Source: Gammaproteobacteria bacterium
GTDB lineage: Bacteria; Pseudomonadota; Gammaproteobacteria; GCA-001735895
Reading direction: 5' to 3'
Assembly (NCBI GenBank): GCA_024229615.1
Contig: JAAESG010000001.1
Location: 907-64,906 of the forward strand
DNA: 64,000 nucleotides
Below the pieces are notes generated by a model. The model had not been told where the DNA came from and searched no databases. It was given only the letters and a program-made list of their open reading frames with translations. The stretch's first letter is position 1. Every line of letters starts with the position of its first letter. A program made the position numbers and the translations under genes. Positions 49,710-58,770 of this stretch are shown here, piece after piece.

Positions 49710-50489
49710 GTGACTGCCGCGGCGATTAAATTTGACTTCAACGGACGGCGGGTGCTGGTCACCGGCGGTACCTCTGGAATGGGCGAGGCGAGCGCGATCG
49801 CCTTTGTCAAGGCCGGTGCCAGGGTTGTGATTAGCGGTCGCAACCAGGAGCGGGCCAGAGAAATCATGAGTCGCTGTAAAGGTGCGGCAGGCAGCATCGC
49901 ATTTGTTGCGGGAGATATTGGCAAGCGAACTGTATGCGATCTGATCATCACTGAAGCGGCCGGAATTCTTGGCGGGCTGGATGTTGTCGTTAACAGTGCC
50001 GGCATCATCTACCATGCGACCGCCGAAGAAACCACCGACGAGCAGTGGCTGGAAACGATGAACATAAATGTCAATGGCGTGTTTTACCTGTGCCGTGCCG
50101 CGCTGCCACATCTTAAATCCAGCCAGGGCACCATTGTCAATATCGCTTCTGATGCGGCTCTGACGGGTAGTCATCATTTAACCGCTTATTGCGCCAGCAA
50201 GGGTGCTGTGCTGCAGATGACCCGCGCGATGGCGCTTGACTATGCGAGCGATGGAGTTCGCATCGTGCCGATTTGCCCGGGTGATGTCGATACGCCGATG
50301 CTGCGTGGTGAATTTCGCGATCGGGGCCTGGATGCGGATACCGGATTGAAAGAGTCTGCCGCGGCTGTGCCTCTGAACCGTGTTTGTAGCGCAGAGGAAG
50401 TCGCCGATATGGTGTTATACGCCTGTAGTGATTCGGCTAAATTCATCACAGGCTATCCGCTGGTTCTGGACGGCGGTAATCGCGCTTAA
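49710..50489 (+). CDS. SDR family oxidoreductase
   Basis: TGGTSGMG cofactor motif, YxxxK (YCASK) catalytic motif. Confidence 0.85.
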   Translation: MTAAAIKFDFNGRRVLVTGGTSGMGEASAIAFVKAGARVVISGRNQERAREIMSRCKGAAGSIAFVAGDIGKRTVCDLIITEAAGILGGLDVVVNSAGIIYHATAEETTDEQWLETMNINVNGVFYLCRAALPHLKSSQGTIVNIASDAALTGSHHLTAYCASKGAVLQMTRAMALDYASDGVRIVPICPGDVDTPMLRGEFRDRGLDADTGLKESAAAVPLNRVCSAEEVADMVLYACSDSAKFITGYPLVLDGGNRA

Positions 50490-50541
50490 CGTAGTACCTG
50501 AATCTACGAATTCAGGTAGTATTTATCAGCTTTCGCTTGCG

Positions 50542-50976
50542 TTAAAACTCTATCTGTTCACCGAGCAAGGCCATCACTTCACGCCAGTGTTTCTCGGCCA
50601 CTGGCCCCGTTTTCCTGAATATATCTGCGAAACGCTCGCGTTGCACCTCGGTTAATTCCTGTTCCAGTTTTATACCACTCCTGCTCAGACGCAAACGTTT
50701 TATGCGTCGGTCTTTCGGATCGGGTCGTTGCAGGATGTAGCCAAGCGCGAGCATTTTCCTCAACGGCTGATGCAGGTACTGTTTCGAAATGCGCATCGCC
50801 TGCAGCAATTCGTTGATACTGCAATCCGTCTGTCGAGCGATGAAATAGAGCAGGCGGTGATGAATGCGGGAAAGGCCCAGTTGCGCCAGGCGTTGATCGG
50901 GTTTGTAGGTCATCGCACGAAAGCCGAAGTGCATCGCTTCCAGCGCCAGGTTCAATTCCTGTTGTCGTCTATTCAT
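50542..50976 (-). CDS. MarR family transcriptional regulator
   Basis: Winged-helix region ...INELLQAMRISKQYLHQPLRKMLALGYILQRPDPKDRR. Confidence 0.8.
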   Translation of the reverse strand: MNRRQQELNLALEAMHFGFRAMTYKPDQRLAQLGLSRIHHRLLYFIARQTDCSINELLQAMRISKQYLHQPLRKMLALGYILQRPDPKDRRIKRLRLSRSGIKLEQELTEVQRERFADIFRKTGPVAEKHWREVMALLGEQIEF

Positions 50977-51064
50977 ATCAATAAATTATGTCAATAGTGT
51001 TGACATTATAGGGCGAATTCGGCAATCTTTATAGGTCAATAGTATTGACTTTTTAGAGTGAGCC

Positions 51065-51940
51065 ATGAATAACCACGCACTTTGCTGGATCAACCAGACA
51101 ATCAAGCCGGCTGCTGAAGCCTCGATATCGGTTTTCGATCACGGCCTGCTTTACGGCGACGGGGTCTTCGAGGGACTACGCTACTACTTTGGCAAAACCT
51201 TCATGCTTGAAGCCCATCTCGAACGGCTGTGGTCGTCGGCACAGGCAATCGGGCTGGAGCTCCCCTACAGCAGGCAAGAGATCACCGCTGCGATCGAGCA
51301 GTTAATCGAACAGTATCATAGTGATTCCGGCTACCTGCGCCTGGTCGTGACCCGGGGGCAGGGCTCATTGGGCATCGATCCCGGAAAATGCGCCAATCCG
51401 AGCCTGTTTATCATTGCCGATGAGTTGTCAGTGATGAATGTTACTGATCTCAGCCAGGGCGTCAGTCTGCATGTCTCCCGGACTCGTCGTTCCCCGGCCG
51501 AGTGTCTGGACCCAAAAATCAAAAGCATGAATTACCTCAATAACATCCTCGCGCGAATCGAAGCGAACCAGGCCGGCATGGATGAAGCCTTGATGCTGAA
51601 TCTGGATGGCTATGTCTGCGAGGGCAGTGTGGACAACCTGTTTATCGTCTCCGATGGAGTACTCAAGACACCGTCGCTTGACTGTGGTCTGCTCGAAGGT
51701 ATTACGCGAGCGGTGGTCATCGATATCGCGATCGGTCTCGGTATCCCTTGTGAGGAAACCCGACTCGTGGTCGCGGATCTGGAGCGGGCCGAGGAATGTT
51801 TTTTAAGTGGAACCGGTGCGGAGTTGATACCGGTCCGGCAGATTGGTGCGCATGTTTTTGACAGACCACGAACATCGCTGGTTCCGTTGATTATGCACAC
51901 CTTCAAGGAAAAAATCGCCGAACACTGCACGAAACGGTAG
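51065..51940 (+). CDS. class IV PLP aminotransferase (branched-chain / D-amino-acid aminotransferase family)
   Basis: GDGVFEGLRYY...HLERL and E..G.N motifs of fold-type IV. Confidence 0.85.
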   Translation: MNNHALCWINQTIKPAAEASISVFDHGLLYGDGVFEGLRYYFGKTFMLEAHLERLWSSAQAIGLELPYSRQEITAAIEQLIEQYHSDSGYLRLVVTRGQGSLGIDPGKCANPSLFIIADELSVMNVTDLSQGVSLHVSRTRRSPAECLDPKIKSMNYLNNILARIEANQAGMDEALMLNLDGYVCEGSVDNLFIVSDGVLKTPSLDCGLLEGITRAVVIDIAIGLGIPCEETRLVVADLERAEECFLSGTGAELIPVRQIGAHVFDRPRTSLVPLIMHTFKEKIAEHCTKR

Positions 51941-51972
51941 TATAACTGCTCCATTTCCTCGAGGAACAGAGT

Positions 51973-52572
51973 GTGAAAGTTATCGTGATTGGCGCCGCTG
52001 GCGCTGTTGGTAAGACCGCGGTCGATGCGTTGTCATCGAGACATGAAATCATTACGGTCGGGCGCGGTAGCGGCGATATACAGGCGGATATCGAGGATAT
52101 CGATAGCATTCGCGCGTTGTATCGACAGGTAGGCAAGGTCGACGCGGTGGTGAGCGCGGTCGGGCATGGGCATTTCGGCAAGGTTGATGAAATGAATAGC
52201 GAGCAATTCATGAAGGGAATCAATCACAAGGTCCTGCCGCAGGTCAACCTGGTACTGGAAGGCTTTGACTACATCAATGACGATGGCTCCTTCACCCTCA
52301 CCAGTGGAGTACTGAATCGCGATCCGATCCCGGGTGGCTCCTGCGCAGCGGCTGCCAACGGTGCGCTGGACGGTTTTGTGCTGGGTGCGGCGGTCGATAT
52401 GCCGCGCGGCATTCGCATCAATGCGGTTAGCCCGGAAGTGCTCGAAGTGTCGCGCGAGAAGTACGACGGATTTTTTCGTGGGCATGTGCATGTATCCGAC
52501 GAGGCGGTTGGTCTGGCCTACAGCAAGGCGGTTGAGGGCTGTTTGACCGGCCAGGTATTTATAGTCGATTAA
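51973..52572 (+). CDS. short NAD(P)-binding SDR-like protein (199 aa)
   Basis: GAAGAVG Rossmann motif at the N-terminus. Confidence 0.65.
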   Translation: MKVIVIGAAGAVGKTAVDALSSRHEIITVGRGSGDIQADIEDIDSIRALYRQVGKVDAVVSAVGHGHFGKVDEMNSEQFMKGINHKVLPQVNLVLEGFDYINDDGSFTLTSGVLNRDPIPGGSCAAAANGALDGFVLGAAVDMPRGIRINAVSPEVLEVSREKYDGFFRGHVHVSDEAVGLAYSKAVEGCLTGQVFIVD

Positions 52573-52946
52573 ACAGGGCGCTTAGTTGACCAGAATGGTA
52601 TCGGGAGGTGTATGCGATCGTTGCCGGTCGTCTGACACTTCGCTAAACCCGGTATCGGGGAGATTTTGCAGCATAAAGAACAAATTGACAAAGTGCTCTG
52701 CGGCATCGGGTCGTTGAGTGCTTGCTGAGGGTTGCAGGCTAAAGACCAGTAGGCCTGCGATCAGCAGTAAGAATCGGTCGCGATTGATTTTCAGGGTGGT
52801 CTCGGGCAGAAACGTTTAGAACTTCGCAAAATGCCAAGGTTTCCGCGCTGATCTGATTTATTCTCATGCAATTGCCGGGGATCAATAAAAAGTGCAATGA
52901 CAGGCCTGATAATTGAGTTTCCTAATAAACCAGCACGGGTGCGTGT

Positions 52947-53414
52947 ATGCAATCAATCGAAGATTACCTGTCCAGTCATACCTTCTTCTCGGGCCTTGCC
53001 GACAGCTATCTGGAATTTCTGGCTAATTCAGCCACCGAGGTGAACTACAAAGAGGGCGATGCCCTGTTCAAGCAGGGTGCGGCCGCGGACCAATTCTACC
53101 TGTTGCGCAATGGAAGGGTGTCGGTCCAGGTGCCGGCGTTAGTCGGGCCGACTCTGGAAATTCAATCCCTCGGCGCAGATCAAATGCTCGGCTGGTCCTG
53201 GCTGATTCCACCATACCGCTGGAGCTTCCAGGCCCGGGTCATGGAAAATACCGACCTGCTGCAGTTTGACGGTAGCGCTATCCTGGCACGCTGCGAGCAA
53301 GACCCGAAATTCGGATACGAATTGTTCAAGCGATTTACCGCGCTGATGTCCGAACGGCTCGATGCCGCACGTCAAAAGATGATGGACCAGTGGAATCCGC
53401 CGGGTTTCGCGTGA
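52947..53414 (+). CDS. cyclic-nucleotide-binding domain protein (no DNA-binding domain)
   Basis: cNMP-binding beta-barrel pattern (FFSGL...GDALFKQG...FYLLRNGRVSV). Confidence 0.7.
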   Translation: MQSIEDYLSSHTFFSGLADSYLEFLANSATEVNYKEGDALFKQGAAADQFYLLRNGRVSVQVPALVGPTLEIQSLGADQMLGWSWLIPPYRWSFQARVMENTDLLQFDGSAILARCEQDPKFGYELFKRFTALMSERLDAARQKMMDQWNPPGFA

Positions 53415-53729
53415 ATCCTGCGGCCGCCGCGTAAGAAGCAATCCTGACAAAGAGTGTTTTTACCGCAGTGAAAAAGCGGTTCCTGGGTCGGATTATATGT
53501 TTGCTGAATGTCTGTTTTGGGGGATGCTCCCGATACCGATACTGAGCTAATTTTCAGATAATTTTAAATTTCTTATACCACAGGATATATTTCTAAAATA
53601 ACAAGATATCAAGTGATCCGCATCAATTCACGTTGATACTTTTGATTTATATTTCGAAATAAGTTGCTAAAAACGAATAGGTTACTGAAAAAAGCGACTA
53701 CTACCACAAAGTTAATGAAGGGTGATCAC

Positions 53730-54239
53730 ATGAAAATATTACTGGTATTGGCATCCATGCTGCTACTTTCAGTATCAGCGCAATTGCGTGCCTCGGAAGG
53801 CGCATATGGCGGATTAGGGGGTGGCTTACTAACCTTCGACGATGGTTTCGACGAGGTGGAACCGAAACAGTTGTTCGGCCGCCTCGGATACAATTTCAAT
53901 AACTATGTTGGCGTCGGCTTTGAAGGCGGTTTTTCGCTAATCGAGGACGAAGTATATGGTGTCGACTTCGACGTTACTACGACCTTTTTCTATTTACGCG
54001 GGAGTGTCCCGGTTGGCGAGAAATCAAGCGTGTATGTCTTGATCGGTCCAACCAATGTTGAATTGACGGGCAGTTCCGGCGGTACCTCGCTGTCGGCCGA
54101 TGACAGCGATACTGGCACCGGATTCGGATTTGAAACTCAGCTTGAAACAGTTTCTTTCCTCGTCGATTACATCAAGTATTTTGACGACGACGGAGTCGAT
54201 GTCTCTTCGATCAATCTCGGCGTGTTGTGGTACTTCTAG
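53730..54239 (+). CDS. small outer-membrane beta-barrel protein
   Basis: Signal peptide MKILLVLASMLLLSVSA, alternating amphipathic strands, C-terminal ...LGVLWYF. GAAGGGTGA ribosome-binding site. Confidence 0.7.
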   Translation: MKILLVLASMLLLSVSAQLRASEGAYGGLGGGLLTFDDGFDEVEPKQLFGRLGYNFNNYVGVGFEGGFSLIEDEVYGVDFDVTTTFFYLRGSVPVGEKSSVYVLIGPTNVELTGSSGGTSLSADDSDTGTGFGFETQLETVSFLVDYIKYFDDDGVDVSSINLGVLWYF

Positions 54240-54355
54240 ACTAGTCAGCAAATTGGGACTTATTGTCTGCCGGTTTCTGACTGGCCAGACTTGCATCGGT
54301 CTGTCCGCCTTTGGTAAAACCGACACTCGGGATTACTTCTGTATCTACATATTTA

Positions 54356-54428
54356 AGGAATCTCTGCAAGATCGTATTTTGTGTTTTTCTTGCTCTGCTG
54401 GGTCAGCACGACTTATGTAGAGCTTTCC
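54356..54428. repeat. MITE-like element, family 2, copy B (73 bp; terminal inverted repeats AGGAATCTCTGCA / TGTAGAGCTTTCC, TA flanks)
   Basis: About 85% identical to the outer parts of 34810-34962. Its last base is the first base of the dctM-family stop codon (CTA on the plus strand). Confidence 0.55.
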
Positions 54429-55732
54429 TAAGATGTCATAAGAGTCGGCAGATAAAGTGCTATGGCGGGGTAGGCCGTTATCAACACAATAGCGACGGCA
54501 ATCATGAAAAAGAACGGTAGTGCGGCCTTGGCAACATAAATAATATTTTTACCGGTCAGGGATTGAATCACAAAAAGATTGAATCCGACCGGTGGGGTAA
54601 TTTGCGACATTTCAACCACCAGTACGAGAAAGATACCGAACCAGATGGTATCGATCCCGGCCTGTGTCACCATCGGCAATACCACGGAAGTCGTCAGAAC
54701 GATGACAGATATACCATCGAGAAAACAGCCCAGCGCAATAAAAAATACCGTCAAGCACATGATTAGCTGAATCGGCGATAGGCCGAGTGACGCGATCCAC
54801 TCGGCGAGTGCGTTAGGAATGCCGATAAAACCCATCGCCAGGGTTAAGAAGTGCGCGCCCACTAGAATTAATCCAAGCATGCATGAATTTTTCACCGCGC
54901 CGGTCACGCTACTGACAAAACTGGAAAAGGCGAAGCTGCCCAGTAGCATGGATAAAACCAGCGCTCCGATTACCCCGAATGCCGCGGCTTCGGTGGGCGT
55001 CGCGATGCCCTGATAAATTGAACCCAGCACGCCACCAATCAAAAACATGATCGGAATCAGTTTTTTAAACGCGATTATCTTTTCAGCGAATGAATAGCTG
55101 ATGTCGTCAACGACGCCACCGGATTTACCTTTTATGATCGACCATACGACGGTGTAGCACATGAATAAAAGAATCAGAATCAAGCCAGGCAAAGCCCCGG
55201 CCAGAAATAAACGCGCGATTGAAACTTCGGCGGCAACACCGTAAATAATCAGGATGATCGACGGTGGAATGAGCAGGCCCAAAGTCCCTGAGCCAGCCAG
55301 GGTTCCGATTGCCATCGAGTCATCGTAGCCTCGCTTTGACAGTTCAGGTAATGTCATGCGCCCAATGGTAGCTGCGGTTGCCGCGGATGAGCCCGAGACC
55401 GCGGCAAAGATACCGCAACTCAGAATATTGACGTGTAACAATTTACCGGGAAGTTTTGACAGGGTCGGGGACAGACCTTCAAACAGGTCTTGTGATAAAC
55501 GCGTGCGAAACAGGATTTCGCCCATCCAGATAAATAGTGGCAGTGCGGTGAGTGACCAACCTGTGGTTGCACTCCACGACGAGGTGCCGAGCAATAAACC
55601 GATGCTGCCATTATCGATTAACTTAAGCCCAACGATTGCGAGCCCGGTTAGTGTCAAAGCGACCCAGATGCCGCTGGTTAACATCAGGAACATGCAAACG
55701 ACCAGGATTCCGCCAATCAATGTCATATCCAT
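54428..55732 (-). CDS. TRAP transporter large permease (DctM family)
   Basis: 434 aa, about 12 TM helices, DctM-family signature segments. Confidence 0.9.
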   Translation of the reverse strand: MDMTLIGGILVVCMFLMLTSGIWVALTLTGLAIVGLKLIDNGSIGLLLGTSSWSATTGWSLTALPLFIWMGEILFRTRLSQDLFEGLSPTLSKLPGKLLHVNILSCGIFAAVSGSSAATAATIGRMTLPELSKRGYDDSMAIGTLAGSGTLGLLIPPSIILIIYGVAAEVSIARLFLAGALPGLILILLFMCYTVVWSIIKGKSGGVVDDISYSFAEKIIAFKKLIPIMFLIGGVLGSIYQGIATPTEAAAFGVIGALVLSMLLGSFAFSSFVSSVTGAVKNSCMLGLILVGAHFLTLAMGFIGIPNALAEWIASLGLSPIQLIMCLTVFFIALGCFLDGISVIVLTTSVVLPMVTQAGIDTIWFGIFLVLVVEMSQITPPVGFNLFVIQSLTGKNIIYVAKAALPFFFMIAVAIVLITAYPAIALYLPTLMTS

Positions 55733-55735
55733 GGC

Positions 55736-56251
55736 TTAAATCTCTTCGCTCATTTCGTCTTCATTGACGATATATCGAGGGGTTTTGCCGGTTAGCATCT
55801 CGGCAAAACTATCAGCCATGGCGATAAATAAAAATAACGAGCCGATCGCCATCGGCATCTGCACCATCCATAGCGGCACGACCAGGTAGGTATCTGTCAC
55901 GTCACCGAAATCGTAAGATTCATACGCGGTATGGGCGGTATAAAAGGCGAGGTAACCACTGATAAACAGGCCAATAGCGAGATTCAGGAATTCGAGGTAG
56001 CGACGTTTTGCTTTTCCGAGTCTGACCAGCAACATGGTGACTCGAATATGTCCACCCTCGTGGAAAGTATATGCCAGTCCAAAAAAGATAGTGGCCGACA
56101 GCAACCAGCCTGCAAAATCCTCGGAGGATGGAATTACAGCACCCACAAACCGCGCAACGATCTGAGCTGAAATCAGTAAGGTCATTGTCACCAGACATGC
56201 GCCCGATAATAAAGCCGAGGTAAAATAAAAGTACTTTCTCAATGCGTTCAT
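55736..56251 (-). CDS. TRAP transporter small permease (DctQ family)
   Basis: 171 aa, 4 TM helices, immediately upstream of DctM. Confidence 0.8.
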   Translation of the reverse strand: MNALRKYFYFTSALLSGACLVTMTLLISAQIVARFVGAVIPSSEDFAGWLLSATIFFGLAYTFHEGGHIRVTMLLVRLGKAKRRYLEFLNLAIGLFISGYLAFYTAHTAYESYDFGDVTDTYLVVPLWMVQMPMAIGSLFLFIAMADSFAEMLTGKTPRYIVNEDEMSEEI

Positions 56252-56396
56252 GTTAGGGCTTGAATGATTGCGCGAGGATAAACCGATCGAGCAAAACGTA
56301 AGGTTTAGGATTTGGCGGGAAGATAAATTTCAGGCTATTAAATCCGGTCTTGACCGAGGTGCTAAAAGACACTTTGGTCAAGACCGGAAATTATAA

Positions 56397-57368
56397 CTAC
56401 ATGGCTTTGTAAGCATCAACGACAGACTTGCCACTGGCACCCGCTTCGCTGAGCCATTCATCGACCATGGTCGCGCCAATTTTACGCAATTCGGCGTCCA
56501 GTTTTTGGCTGGGTGGTGACACCGTCATGCCATTTTCCTTGAGCATATTGGTATGCTCGACAGCGAGTTTACGACCGAGGGCCCAGCCTTTTTTCTCAGC
56601 ATTTGCGGCCGCGGTCAAGATGACATCTTTGGTCGCGTCATCCAGTCGGTCGAAGAGTTTTTTATGCACGAACATCATGTTTTTTGGAATCCACGCGTTA
56701 ATCGTCGTGAAATGACTGATGTAATCCCAACTCTGACTATTGACGCCGGTACTGGGAGAAGTCACCATCGCGTCGATCGCATTGGTCGTGAAGGCTTGCG
56801 CAACATCACTAAAAGGAATATTCACCGGTGTTGTTCCCATGAGGTCGGCCAGGCGGGAGGTGGTTGGGCTATAGGCGCGCATTTTGAGACCAGACAAATC
56901 AGCCAGGCTGTTGATTGGTTTGTTTGAATACAAATCCTGAGCAGGCCACGGAGAGGTATACAGCAACATCAGGCCGTCCTTGCCCAGTTCCTCATTTAAC
57001 GCGGCTTTAGATGCCTTGTACAACTTTTCGGCGCTGTCAAAATCGGTCGCCAAAAACGGTATATTGTCTAATTTATAAATAGGGTTGTTATTCCCCAGGC
57101 GCCCTATAAAAACTTCGCCAATCTGTACCTGGCGGGATTTTACCGCGCGATAAATTTCCGGATGCTTGATTAACGAACCACCCGAGTGGATTTTTATGGT
57201 GAGCTTACCACCGGAATTGGCAGTTACTTCGTCAGCGAAGCTGCGTGCAACCTGTGTTTGATGAGTGCCATCGCCATAGGGTGTGGGGAGGTCCCATTTG
57301 TCGGCAGCGAATGCTGTGGTTGTACCGAAACAGAGTGCTAATCCGGCTAGCAACAGGGATTTATTCAT
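56397..57368 (-). CDS. TRAP transporter periplasmic solute-binding protein (DctP family)
   Basis: Signal peptide plus DctP-family fold (LNEELGKDGLMLL...). Confidence 0.85.
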   Translation of the reverse strand: MNKSLLLAGLALCFGTTTAFAADKWDLPTPYGDGTHQTQVARSFADEVTANSGGKLTIKIHSGGSLIKHPEIYRAVKSRQVQIGEVFIGRLGNNNPIYKLDNIPFLATDFDSAEKLYKASKAALNEELGKDGLMLLYTSPWPAQDLYSNKPINSLADLSGLKMRAYSPTTSRLADLMGTTPVNIPFSDVAQAFTTNAIDAMVTSPSTGVNSQSWDYISHFTTINAWIPKNMMFVHKKLFDRLDDATKDVILTAAANAEKKGWALGRKLAVEHTNMLKENGMTVSPPSQKLDAELRKIGATMVDEWLSEAGASGKSVVDAYKAM

Positions 57369-57525
57369 TTTGACGATCGCTCCTTAGGTATTGTTATCAG
57401 TTTTCAAGTTCTTGCCGGAACACTCGATAAATTAGGTGGATTTAAGAGCGCCGAGGCAAAAATGAGGGACTTGCATCTTAGCATTGAAAATCTTTGGCTC
57501 CAACGTATTTGGCTGGACACAGCGG

Positions 57526-58770
57526 TTACCCGTGCAGGGGGGGTAAATTATCCCGGCTGCGATATGCGTAGTAAGCCAGTGCCGAAGTGATGAAAATGTA
57601 GAATGCAGAGGCGATGGCCAGGGTGCTCATACCGGTACCGATATCAATTTGCCATCCGAATACCAGCGGCGATAACGCGGTACAGAAAACCATCGCAGAG
57701 GCACCCAGTGACTTGATCGCGCCGAGATGCTGATTACCGTACATTTCCGACCAGAAGGGTGCGGTAACGGTCGACTGAAAACCAACGGTAATGCCGGTCA
57801 ATACCAGGAATATGCCGCCCCCGAAAAGACTGTTCGAAAACGCCAGGATGATGAGCCCGACACCCATCGGAAGTGCTACCAGCGGCACCATACGGATCGC
57901 ACCATAGCGGTCAATCGAGATTCCGGTTATCAGCTTGGTGCCAACCGACACCAGTGCATAGATTGAAAATAGCGCGGCCCAACCGATCAGCGGCCAGCCC
58001 TTGCTTTCCACCAGGTGTACCTGATGGAAGATGAACCCGGTGAACATCAACGGTTGTGACATTAGTCCAGGCGCAAACAGGTAGAAGTACTTGTCACGAA
58101 TGACTTCCTTGCGCGTCCACTGGCGGCGGCGATATACCGGTACCTGATCGTCCGTGGAATTCTGTGATAGCTGATCCAGGTAGTGATCGTGACGTCGCGC
58201 GTGGCCTCGTAGCAGATAGAGAATTGCCGGTACCATGAATAATACCAGCAACAGACCCCCCACCTGCCAGCTCTGACGCCAGCCTACCCACAGCAGCAAT
58301 GCGACTAGCATGCTCGGCATCGTGGCTTCTGCCATCGCGTAGCCCATGCTTGCGAGTGCCGAGGCTTTGCCCTTGTGTTCATCCAGGTAGCGCACCATGG
58401 CGGTGGAACTGACGATGAACATCAGTCCCTGACCGAGCTGCCGCAATATAAACAGACTCAGCAGCAGCGTGGTCACATTCATGCTGACCGACATCAAGCT
58501 GCAGCCGACACCGAGACCGAGGACGATAGCGATCGATAGTTTTTTAAGATCGATCCGGTCTACCAGTGATCCGCTCCAGATCATGACGATAGCGCTAAGC
58601 AGGGTTGCGATCGAATAGATGCCGGCAAATTCGCCATCGCTCAGGGATAGCTCGGCGCGAATCTCGCCGCTGAAAAGCGATATCAAAAATGTTTGGCCCG
58701 GTGATGACCAAAAGGTCATGAGAAACCCGAACAGCAGTAGCTGCCACTCGGATCGAATCAGTTTTAACAC
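57526..58770 (-). CDS. MFS transporter
   Basis: 12 TM helices; overlaps the acyl-CoA synthetase gene by 7 nt. Confidence 0.75.
   Translation of the reverse strand: MLKLIRSEWQLLLFGFLMTFWSSPGQTFLISLFSGEIRAELSLSDGEFAGIYSIATLLSAIVMIWSGSLVDRIDLKKLSIAIVLGLGVGCSLMSVSMNVTTLLLSLFILRQLGQGLMFIVSSTAMVRYLDEHKGKASALASMGYAMAEATMPSMLVALLLWVGWRQSWQVGGLLLVLFMVPAILYLLRGHARRHDHYLDQLSQNSTDDQVPVYRRRQWTRKEVIRDKYFYLFAPGLMSQPLMFTGFIFHQVHLVESKGWPLIGWAALFSIYALVSVGTKLITGISIDRYGAIRMVPLVALPMGVGLIILAFSNSLFGGGIFLVLTGITVGFQSTVTAPFWSEMYGNQHLGAIKSLGASAMVFCTALSPLVFGWQIDIGTGMSTLAIASAFYIFITSALAYYAYRSRDNLPPLHG

Noticed and set aside
52575-52946. Possible small secreted-protein gene on the minus strand (signal-peptide-like RFLLLIAGLLVFSLQPSAS)
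   Set aside because: The frame has no ATG/GTG/TTG start upstream of the hydrophobic segment and a competing 42-codon ORF overlaps it; insufficient support.
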